Below, in pieces: positions 1 through 11,100 of a stretch of DNA of 64,000 bases (its first letter is position 1; each line of letters begins with the position of its first letter). The notes under the pieces were generated by a model that searched no databases, was not told where the DNA came from, and saw only the letters and a program-made list of their open reading frames with translations. The translations under genes were made by a program, and so were the position numbers. The stretch spans positions 2,976,001 through 3,040,000 of the forward strand of contig JAYWIR010000015.1 in NCBI GenBank assembly GCA_036172245.1. Reading direction: 5' to 3'. This DNA comes from Raillietiella orientalis (taxonomy: Eukaryota).

Positions 1-3000
1 GTTCTGGGAGTTGGCAGAAAACGTTCGCTGACCAGGAATGGGGGAAATCTTTCCGAGAGTTTCCGGGGCGTACCTGCTAGTGCGAGAAAGAAGCTGAAAA
101 AGATCACCTCTTCTTCCCATTGAGAGCGCTCGTCCATACGGATTCTGGGGGTCTCCGGTAGCAAGGAAAGGGAGGAGAACTTCGGCGGGAAGTCGCGTCC
201 GGAGAGAGTTGTGAGAATCCCGAGGCGAGGAGCTGGAAGCAAGAAGCATGCTGTGACCTCTTCCTTTAGGCTCCCTTCTAAAGGAAATCTGAGATGCTCG
301 GGATCGGCCGCACCTCCGGCATTTTCCTCCTCCCTCCGTTTCCCCATCTTTCATCTTAAGGGAGCGTCAGATCCTGGATTGTCTGTCCGCACCGGACCCA
401 CCAGGAAACCGGTTTTCATAAAATCGGAAATCCGGTGCTTTGGAGATTTCCCCAGGGACCACAACAGAAATTTCGCAGATTCCTCAAAGTCTCGAAGATC
501 AGGAAGGAGCAAAAAGAAGCAGTTCCTGTCCACCTACAGAAGATGGGAACGCGAGGGGGGGATGGACTGGAAAGTCGCCCTAGACTGGATGGGGAAGAAT
601 TGGTGACGTACCCAAAGAGCACAAAGTTCATATCTTAAGGAAAACAGGGGGCAAAGAATCCCAGCAGAGGGCTTTCAGGCGTAGCGGAGGGAAGACTTCG
701 GGAAACGCAGCGCAGCGAGGGAGGGACGAAGGCAAAGGAGCTTTCGTTTCGGCATGACTCCGTGGGCCAGAATCCATCTTCATCTAGCAGGGAGAAGAGA
801 AGGATCGGGATGCTGAGAGATCTTTCTTGATGTCCTCGGAATCCTCCTCTGAGCCGCCAGCATCCACAACAGCGTCCGGTCACGTGGTAAACTTGGGATT
901 CGGTGTGAGATCACCATCTGCTGTCCACCCTCCTCCTATAGCGCCCTCTTCCCGTTGAGCGCAAAGAACGCACAGAGGCGTTCTCTGCCCCATCCGGGGC
1001 GCTCTCCAGCAGACACGTGTACGACCGCAGGATCATGAGCGATACCCTTGAGTCTTCCTACAATGGAAGGCTTTCTTTACGGGAACAGAAACGGAGGGAA
1101 GATAGGTGGTGATCCCGGAATAACCGGTACTCAAGGCTCAAGGCGAAGCGCCTCTACTCCTGTCTTCCTAAAGAAGATAGGGGTACAGGAGATGCCTGTC
1201 CCGTGACTATTTCCGCGAGCTTTGTTAAGAGAGCGCCACGCGCCTTGCGCCACCTGCAAGTGGAGGTTATCAGTTTTGTCATGTGGGAGGTGAAAGAAAG
1301 TTGGAGGACTTTGTGTCCAGGAGGACCTCATGGAAAAGAAGGAGGCAGTGAAGGCTCGCTTGATGTTCCCATTGCACAGCGGTGGCACCCTCGTCTTAGA
1401 ATCCTTGCAGGCAACCCTCTTCTCTCCTTTCTCACCTTGCCATCCACGGGAAAAACGCCTCCCGGCTCTCGGGACCTCTCGAGGGAGGCGAGGGAAGCTG
1501 TAGAAGCGATGCTGCTTCAGCTTCCACTAGTCACCCCTTTCTCTTTCTCTCTCTCCGTCTATATCCCTTGAAACATACTCTCTGCATTTCCTTGCACACT
1601 CTCGCGCATCTTCCAGAGCCTCAGGAGAGGTTTTTTCCCTGCTATCCTGCTCTCCTTTCTTTTCCGCACTCCTTCCGAAACCGGTTAGTCGCGTCGTTAA
1701 GGAAATGCGGACCGATCGCCTCCCTCAGAAGCAGCGGCGCGTCCCAACTGGGTGTCCCATGTCCCGTTACCTCCTCGTCCTCCAGATGGAGAGAATTTTG
1801 CCACCAAGGACACTCCTCGTGCTGCGTCCGACCCGGAGCGCCCGCGCACTGTCACTCGTCGACGGCGTCTAACGGGAGGGTCGGCGGGTGCGGCGCGCTC
1901 TAGACGACCGTCGGGATGGGAGATCAAGGACACCCACGGGAGCGCTCAGGGCGGAAGGGCGAACAATGCGGTCCGGAACAGCCTCCGGAAACGGGAGAGC
2001 GCGCGCTCCCGGGCGCGCGAAGGCCTTCCCGCCCTCCCGCCGCAACCCTGACTCTGCTTCCCGTCGGTCTCGAAGGGTGGGGCGGTACGAAAGAGGGAAG
2101 GTGGAATGGGCGACGTAGAGGGAGATGCAGAAAGGGGAAAGAAGTAGGGACTCGGTTTCGTTGTGAGGAAGGCACTGCAGGCAATCAGAGGAGTTCCTGT
2201 CGACGCAAAGAGAAGATCTCACTCTATCTTGAAAAGAAAGGAAAAGTGGAGGTGGAGATGAGTGCCTTATTGTCCTCAGATCGGCGCGTTGCTCCGGAGC
2301 GAGGGCTCTCACTGATCTGAAGAAGAAGGGGAGTAGGGAAGGGTCGAAAAGGGGGGGAAATCCCCCATATGGGAAGGAGAGACACACAGGGGCCCTAAGG
2401 GTTCCTTTTCGGAGAGCGTCATATCCGACTGGAAGCCTCTGAAGAAAGGAGTGGAGAAGAGGAGGGATGGGGAACATGAGCAGGAGGAAGTGGAAAGTGG
2501 AGACCGACTGTATTATGTGGAAGATCGTACGTTAGATGGGCACAGTCTCTTCCATCCGTCCTCACTGCTCTCTAGGGGAACTTCCTGCAGTTCAGAACAG
2601 ATGAGGACAGCCGCGGCTGTCAGGGAGGGGGGAAGGGATTAGATATAGATCCTCAGAGGAATGTGACCTTATCGTCCCCACCAGAAGGGCAGGATTGGAG
2701 GTGTGATTCCTCTTGCACCAGCAGGAATTCAGTCGTTCCCATCAGGAACAGCAGACAGAAGATGATGATGCTATTTGCCCGGGAGATCGTTGCGTCATCG
2801 ATCCTTCACTCTCACAGAGTAGAAGGATCGATGACATTTGGAGAGAAGACCGGGAGGTGCCTGCTGCGGTCTCCTTCCAGAAAAACTCCCTGTTGTGAGC
2901 GCAACCGCGTTCCCTCAGCTTCCCATCTGACTACAGCCGCGAAATAGGCGGAAGTGAGGGAGGGCAAACAGGGGGATGGTTGTAGACCGACAGATGACGC

Positions 3001-5759
3001 CACTAAGTTTCCTTGCTTCTCTGAGCCTCCTGATACCCTCTCCGTCCGGATTACGGAAAGGGCAGGAAAAAGGAAGAAAAGAAGGCTGCGCTTCGGAAGA
3101 GCCGCATCACTGCGTCTTCCTCTCGCCGTAATGTGGTGGGATTCTTCTAAGAGGGAGGAAAAGACAATCTCCCATCTCTCTGGGATGGAGCTCAAGAGAA
3201 GCTTTCTTCTTTGTTAGCCACATTTGTGTGCGGTCAAGAGTCGCCTTATTTCGCTTTCTGACATTCTCTTCCAGGAGATGTCAGAGAGCGAAATAAGAAA
3301 AACGATGAGTCATAATCCTCGTCGTCTTGCATCAATGACGTCTCCAAGAGCGAAGCGTTCTTCATACTTCTTCTCTTGTCTGCTTGCTAGCTCACCTGGT
3401 CATGGCTCCTAGTTGGTTTATGATCACACATGTCTCGGAGCAGGAGAGTCCTCCTTTCCTGAACTCAAGTGCTATCAAACAAGTTATTCTGAAAACTCAG
3501 GAACTCTGTGAAAGAGACAGGTATTGGCATGTGTTGAGTATGAAAAGGGAAGGCAAGAATTCGAAAGGGACATATCCTCTTAGATGCTGGAGTGAGAATG
3601 AGCAGTTGGCTCTAATTAAATTCCTTTGTTTCAGTCACTCTCCGTTATACGTTTCAGCAATGAAGCTCGCAGAGCCTTGTTAAGTTCCAGAATCCAGATC
3701 TATGAAGAGTTAATCATGCATATTGAAGGTCAGTTCTAACAGCGAACTTCCTGGTCTAAGAATTGCAATTGGAGAAGGAATGAAGATCAAAAACCTTAAT
3801 CAAAAGCTTGCACCTCAATCGGTCCCTGATTAATTATCCATGAAATAGATAGGCAGCGATCTGGATTAGCAGACTTAACTTGAGAAGGACTTCTTTTCAT
3901 TAATGAAATATGAAGCATTGGCTACTTTTGGTTTTTATATAGTTTTTGTCTTTTACTGAGCATTCAGTTTTTTTCTTCTAATTCTAAACTTAGGAACAAT
4001 GCATTATCTCTAAGAAAATTTTTATCGTTTCTTTATACCTTTATAGAAAGCGTTTCGTTGTAAAGTAGTTCCTCAGACAGAGTGGCATGGATTTTGTTTT
4101 ATCTTTCAAAATAAAATTCATCACTCTACGATAGTGGAGCAGTTTTATAACTGTCCATAGTTGTTTTTTTAAAAAAGCTATAGTTTTTCTTTTAACCACT
4201 GGCAACTGTTCTATTTCATCAAGGTATAGTGAAAATTGAATAATCGCACCGGTGTTATTATATTGTAAGTATAAAGTATTCGCTTCACATGGTAATTGCA
4301 TTAAAGAATTCGTCACATGAATTTTCATATCATCTAACTGGCTAACTTGATAATGCAGGTCAGAAATGCTCATGGCCCATGGATATCATTGAATCAAAAT
4401 GTATAATTCTAGAATAAGTAGTTTTCTAAATGCTGGTATAGAATTGAAGCGATAATCTATTCTAAACAATGGATTTCTTAACCACAGACTTGTTAGTTGG
4501 AATGGTGAACGACCAGTAGGTTTCGCCTTTCACGTTAAGATTTCATAATTTCTTGTTGAAGATAACATTATTCTGTTAGTGAACTTTGACTAGTGTTATT
4601 TTGCATCATTTTGTGTATTTGTGAGATATCATCATTTAATTGTTTTGCATGTGTTACAGGTTTGAAAAGTCATGGTTTGGTTTTAAGGATCAGAATTCAT
4701 AAGTTTGAGCTTTGAATACTGCTACAAGTTCCACATAATTCCCAAATTATCCATGCCTAGAAAATAGATTTTGGCATGCGCTTATGGTTTAACTCGAATA
4801 GTTGAACAGCTAAGCATTAATCTTAGGATGAACCGTTGAGTACATTGAGTATGTCCTTCATCATAAAATAGGAATTTAGTGAAATGTTTTTTCAATGCCC
4901 TTAGTAGTCGCCGTGATATAATTTAGATGTCTGTAGCAGAGGAAAACATTTATTGGTGTGTTGATTTTCCAAAGTTTTTTTTCTCTTCTGAGGAATACTG
5001 TTTTCTTATAACGGAGTTGCGAAAGTGTGCGCGGTGGGTAAACGTGTGTGAGTGGGAGTGAGACGTGCATGTTGCAGCTCAAGCCCGATTTTGTGTCAAT
5101 ATTCTCGTTTTGAACTTTTCCCTACTGCTAAACGTCCAAGGACTCAGAGAAAGAGGCTACTTAGATTTTTGCTGTAGTGCTTGAACATCCTTTGCACAAG
5201 CTTAATGACTTTAGCTGTGGTTATGTCCTTCAGCTATTAATTTCTTTTAGTAGGTAGAAACCTGTGAATTTTTTTTTTTTTTTTGCATGTGTGAAGAATT
5301 ATAACCCCAGCCTTTCCTTGAAAATATCGTGTCGTTGTTCATAACTGAAATCAAAATACATACCGTGAAGTATTTGAAGCGAAATTAAATCCTGTTCCGT
5401 GTTTTTTCCTGTATATCTTTGATTTCAGCTGAACAGTGCCAATGCACAGACGAAGAAAATTTAAGGTAGTTTAGAATAGTTTTGAAGAAGTGTTTGGAGT
5501 GATCTACTACTGCATTGTGTATTGATCAAATGATACTTTTCTCCAACGAGTTGGGCGTTTCAGCTGTATTAAAGTTTCATGTTTTCTAGCCATAAGTTAA
5601 TCTGAAAAAAAACTGTAGTTGTAAGTAAATCAAGAAAGCTTTTAATAATGCAGCGCAGTCCTTCAAGCAATACTTCTGCAGCAATTCATTGGGAAGCTGC
5701 AAAACTCCTCACGGTTTTGCTGGTGCAGGTGAGCAAGATGCACTTATCAGAGTAATTAG

Positions 5760-5891
5760 CCATCCAAGGTTCAGCAATTAGAAATGGATGTAACGTTTAC
5801 ACACTTGATTATGGAAAATCAGAAATTAAAGCAGGAAATTGAAGATTTAAAGGAACAGCTGATAAAATTAGAAGAGGCTAAAAAGTTGTGA
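5760..5891 (+). other. possible terminal exon or remnant encoding a coiled coil
   Basis: After a tag, the frame reads PSKVQQLEMDVTFTHLIMENQKLKQEIEDLKEQLIKLEEAKKL*, with a heptad-like pattern. I could not link it in frame to upstream exons. Confidence 0.3.
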
Positions 5892-7131
5892 AACATGAGA
5901 TAAATTGTATTAGGTGCATCTTGAATACAGTTGCATGAGTATGCATCCCTTCTGTTCCTGTGATATTGCAATGCATCCGACTTTATGTTAAAACTCAAAA
6001 TTTAGATCAAAGTTAAAAATTGTTTACTGTGATTTTCTGTTGTTATAGATACATAGGTCTGTATAAAATAAGTAGCACATTTTCATTGGAGGTATTATAG
6101 AATCCAATAGTCATTTTTATCAGGAGGTTTGGTTCTTACTACTGCTCAATACTAGATTAAAATTGCTACTCTCAGCATGATCTGTATGAAATCCAAATGG
6201 CTTTGACATAAAGGAAATTGTTAAGAAATACTTAAGAGGTGGGTTTTTCTGTTTAAATTTTTGCTGTAAGAGGCGAGAATTTTGATGATATGGGAAATAA
6301 GTGCGAGAGGTATAATAACTCAGTATCAAGAGCCATTTAGTAAAGTTTTCAAACTATCAGTAATCATGGATTGGTAATTCTCACAGCCTGTGATACTGCC
6401 ATGTTGCAAAGCTATTTAGCAAATTAGTAGTTTCTGCCTTGCAAATGTGATACTTAAAGCATTCTGCCTCAAAAAAAAAATCTGAGGATGGTATGTAGAA
6501 GATTGCAGGTGGCATCACGAAAATATTGAATTTAAAGTGGCTGTACTTTTGCAGCAATTGTGATTACTGCAAAGTTTTCACATGCTCTTTGAATAAATGA
6601 AAATGATTGCTGAAAGGCTTAGTGAAGACTACTCAAGTCTGACACTGTGGCAAACTTTGCTGCAATTCGTAAATTTTATCACTTGCAACAGAAATAATGT
6701 TGTCTCCAATAAAGAGCCTATTGAAACTTGTATTGAAAGTGAATTTATTTTCACTAAATGTGAAAATAACTGTACAGAATGTGTAGTTATCTTAGAATTA
6801 AGGGATGGACTGTAAAAAAAAGTCATGTAAAAAAAGTTTTTCCTCTTCTGAGTGCAGATCAGCTCAATGATAGGCTCACTGTAGAGGTTTCTGTTAGAGT
6901 AATCATGGTACAGTAAATAAGTTCGTCTCATCATAGGACACTTATTCTTAAATGCTTTCAAACCATATGTTCCGAGCCTTTGATAGTTTGGAATTGACTG
7001 GGAGGGAACCGTAAAGGCAAAGGTTTTGTATCAAAAAATGCGATATCCTGAAGTGAAATTAAAATGAGCTGATCTGAAATTTGAAAACACAACAATGAAT
7101 GACACATTTTCAAGTTTCATAAACTACAAAA

Positions 7132-7137
7132 TTTATT
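7132..7137 (-). terminator. candidate polyadenylation signal AATAAA for how (another copy at 7434-7439)
   Basis: tttatt on the plus strand, downstream of the last how exons, in AT-rich sequence where chance hits are common. Confidence 0.35.
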
Positions 7138-7663
7138 CACATGCATTTTCATCTCCATGGTCTTAGTTGCATTTTTGTTCACTCTTAAAAATGTAATACT
7201 CATTTTGTAGTTGCCTGGACAACAATGAAAAATGAAAATTATGTACACATACACATATTGCACCAAAATTGTATAGTTATATCATTTCAGTATTTGTGTA
7301 TTTGCTAGGGATGGCTTTCAACTGCATGCTTTTTTCAATTCATGCTTTTCTGAGAAGAAGACAGATTCTGACTGCTAATAAAGTTATTTGGTAATGAATA
7401 TGAAGTAAAAAATAAATGGGGATTTGCCATTATTTTATTTAGATTCTGAGTATTGTGATCAAAAGCACCAGGATGGCTGTAGCTATCTCTAGAATGGGAC
7501 TTCTCTGATATGGGGCCAATTACTGGAACAAACACACAGGAGATTCTGGCAGAAGTAAAGCTCGACAGCATCTGCCTGGAGACTTCAATGGAGTTGCCCT
7601 TCTATTAAGAGGAGTCTCTGCACCAGGTAGTTAGGATAGGGAGTGCCCGTGAAGCAGCCCAGG

Positions 7664-7695
7664 TTACAGAGTGGACATTAGCAAGGTCACCGCAC
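7664..7695 (-). CDS. how: candidate additional how terminal exon (GAVTLLMSTL*) or spliced 3'UTR exon
   Basis: Strong 3' splice site: branch-like ttctaac, then cttctctctttcttaacgtcccatcccag. A phase-1 join gives 10 aa and TAA. Confidence 0.45.
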
Positions 7696-7916
7696 CTGGG
7701 ATGGGACGTTAAGAAAGAGAGAAGGTTAGAAATCAGCGTAAATTATACACAGTGAGGAGGAGGTACGCTGTCCTCCACCTCGGGTTAGATTGCAAGCCCA
7801 TTGCCCTGCGCGTCTGTTAGTCAGCGGGTTGGCATTATGCCACCGAGCCCCTGCCCAAAAAACGATGGCCAGTTGGGCGGAACGTATATTTCGGGCCTTA
7901 CACTGAGGCCCACCTA

Positions 7917-7969
7917 TCACAGTTTCCAAGGCGACAGGCGCCAACCAACGCACACATCGTCACCGATGA
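7917..7969 (-). CDS. how: candidate additional how alternative terminal exon (VIGDDVCVGWRLSPWKL*)
   Basis: Acceptor tgctttgtgttgcgcctgctag; a phase-1 join to the 8245 donor is open for 17 codons. No homology recognised. Confidence 0.3.
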
Positions 7970-8032
7970 CTAGCAGGCGCAACACAAAGCACTCATAGAA
8001 AAATAACAATTCTGAACACTCAGTCACTGACC

Positions 8033-8109
8033 TCAAGACAGAGTCCCAGCCCTTTGATAAGGGTGCTCACGGGTTTGGCCCAAGAGCCTGCGTGTCTTAG
8101 CCGCCAAAC
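8033..8109 (-). CDS. how: how/QKI alternative terminal exon, How(L)/QKI-5-type nuclear isoform
   Basis: Acceptor cttctattcttgttaaag. A phase-1 join to 8245 gives [25 protein letters not shown], containing the RxHPYQR motif of How(L)/QKI-5. Confidence 0.92.
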
Positions 8110-11100
8110 CTTTAACAAGAATAGAAGTCAGTCACATCCTTAGCATGAAAGACATGCGGGTCTCGTGGACCGCCAAATTAACGTGGAGGGCAGAACTGCC
8201 AGACTTGCTGCGAGCACTGACTCATTACCGTGCAAACAACCCACCCGTGTGATCTGCGCTGGCATATTCAGTGAGGAGCGGCGCGGCAAGTGCAGCAGCG
8301 TAACTGGCAGCGTAGTCCGTGGCATATGGTGAATATAACAGGCTGGCATCAGTAGGTGAAAGCAGTGGGGGAGGACCTGAGCCATTCAGCAAGGCTGTTG
8401 AAGTGGTTACAGGGATCCTGGGGGAAAGGATTAATGGAGCTCCCAGTGGGCCAGTCGGACTTCGTAGAGAAGAAGTGAGTCCCGCTACAGGAGTCATGAT
8501 ACGGGAGAGATCCGGAAATTGCGCCAAAACTGTGGGAAAACAAAGTAGAATCCACTGCGAACCCGAACTAGCAACCATATGTCCCTTACTGGCACTGGCT
8601 GAATTCTTGAGAGTCGAATCTCGATATGTGCCATTGATTATTGCTAATTCCATCAACTGACGTTTCTTAAGTTCATCTTCCCCATCAGCCTAGGGAAAAA
8701 TTCAGAATGTATTCGAGGGCAGCAATTGACGCAGCAGCAGAGTTCTTCACGGAATGCCTTGCGATTCCACGACATTCCACGAAACTCGTGATGTTCGCTA
8801 GCGCTTCTTTTTCTAGGGACGCACGTTCTTGGAATTTAAGACCTTTCGGTTAAAAACTTCCGGTTCAAGGTGGTTGCGGAAAGGCAAAAAGTGCGGCGAA
8901 TTTCCCGCTTTTGCAAGGTACGCAAAACGCCAAGTCGGAGTTCTTTTTTTTTTTTTTTCCCCTACAAAAAAATCGCTGTATTGAATAGCCCCCCCCCCCT
9001 CGAAAAACAAAAACAAAAAGGTTGCTGCAGTTATTGGCGGCAGCTAATGATCGCAAATTCGCGCTAAATAATTTGAGGGTGGGGGGTGGGAATCCTGAAA
9101 AGATCCGAAAGGAGAAGAGTCGTGTTTTTTCGACCATCTTAACATTTTGAAGCGGAGGTGTTTTTCCGGTATTTTAGTGGCGCTCGAACCGCTGGAATCA
9201 CACAGATCCGGGTTTCGATTTCAAATGCGCCCGGCAAGCGGTATGTTCAGGAGGAGGAGGAGGAGGAAGAAGAAGAAAAACAATTTTTACACGCATCTTG
9301 TCAGCGCGACGCTACGCAAAAATCCGGGGCATTCACCTACCGCTGGTATCAGCAGCTTCTGAACTTCTTCCACTGCTTTTCTCATTCGGATGTCGCACCG
9401 ATTTGAAGAATCCTCAACTGTTATCAGCACATGGAGGTCATCATTCAGGTGTTCCCAATTCGGCTTCCCGCGATTCTGTTCCTCCTAATCACGGTAATTG
9501 CATTTCAGGAGCGGTTCGAGCGCGACTCATGCAAACAGCAACGCAAAAGTGGCAAGACAACACTAAAACCGTGACCGACACCATATTCACAATGAACTTA
9601 CCCTTTTGGCTACGATGAGTGGACAGCATGAGGGAAAGAAAACGAAATTTACATTAGCGACCTCAATAATTTATAGGACTAAACAGAACATGATTATTGA
9701 TATCATATTTTCAAACGTGACATCAATTACTGTCATCAACATTACTGAACAGAGTAATCCTACCTTCTTCTTATCCCTCATGGATCCTCTTCCACGAACC
9801 ATGATCTTGCATCCGGTTTCCTGTTCCAGCTGCTTCGCTGTCATCCCTCGAGGTCCCAGTATCCGACCAACAAAATTGAACTGAAAGGATTCTGTATCAC
9901 AGTTTGCTGGGAACTGGGTGGGCGAGCGAAAGCTTCCGAGTTTTCCTTTAATAGGAAAACGAAAGTTCCCGGTTCACAAGCTCGAACTTTGCAGCAAGGA
10001 GAACTTTCTGCTACCCAGCTTTCCGGAAGCACATGAGCTGCCACGCTCTGACCAACGTTACTCTTCTGGAGAGCTCCTTCACCTGCGCGCTTGCTCATTC
10101 ATACCTAAGTCTTCAGGTTCATTACGCGGCGTCGACGACACTGTTTTCGAATGCACGGATTACAGAAGCAGCAATAGCTCTTGATCTTGCGAATAGGAAA
10201 TCACACGGGTGATTCGGGACGTGGTCCACTCCCAACCTGGAGACCCGGCCTCCGCGACAAAGTGCAAGAAACTTTGCCTAAAATACCGGCAGACGACTCG
10301 CGTTCTCAGGCAAAGCCACAATAACGGAGACGGTTCTCGAATCAAAATGATGGATATGGAAGCTTCTTCCAGGGATACAATGCATAGAGACAATTCCAAT
10401 GGTTAGTTGAAACGGATGCCTGTTCAGGGATCTCAAAGGTGAGACATGCTCGAGGGCACCGTTACGCTAATTCCAGGAATGATCATCTTGGTGAAGCTCA
10501 TCATCGGAAAGAACGAATAAGCGTCTCGTGCTGAATAGTTATCTTTCGGGATGATGATGACGACTGTTAGCATAAGATGTGAGAAATCAGACTGTAGGGG
10601 TGCCAACAGCTGACGCGAATAAGATTTTGGAGGCGAAAGATTATGGATTGTGGGGATTTGGGAAGCTGCGGCGCCCTGCTCCAGTCCTGGCACGTTTTGC
10701 AACCGAAGCCGAGATCTGTACACCAACAAAGGCAACGCAAAAGATGGGAGTCGGAACGAGAAATTACGTACATTTCAACGTCGTTACCGTTCTTCCGTCA
10801 GGACTGGAGTCCGCTTACCTTTATACGCCGCGGCTGTTTTACTCTAACCATTAAGGAGCGTACAACCAACGTAGGCACAAACGCACTTTTACGAGCTCAC
10901 AGGGTCCTCTGTCACGAGGAGGTCCATGTGCAGACGTGCATATGGAAAAATGACCTGGTCGCCACCACGGCAGCAGCCGCAGACATGATTTTCCACGACC
11001 TGTGGTGATGTGAAAATGGATACTTCGACGTGCACGACGCATACTTCCGAAGCAAAATCCCTGCATTGCAAATTTTCTCCGACTTTCCTTTCGAATCGCC

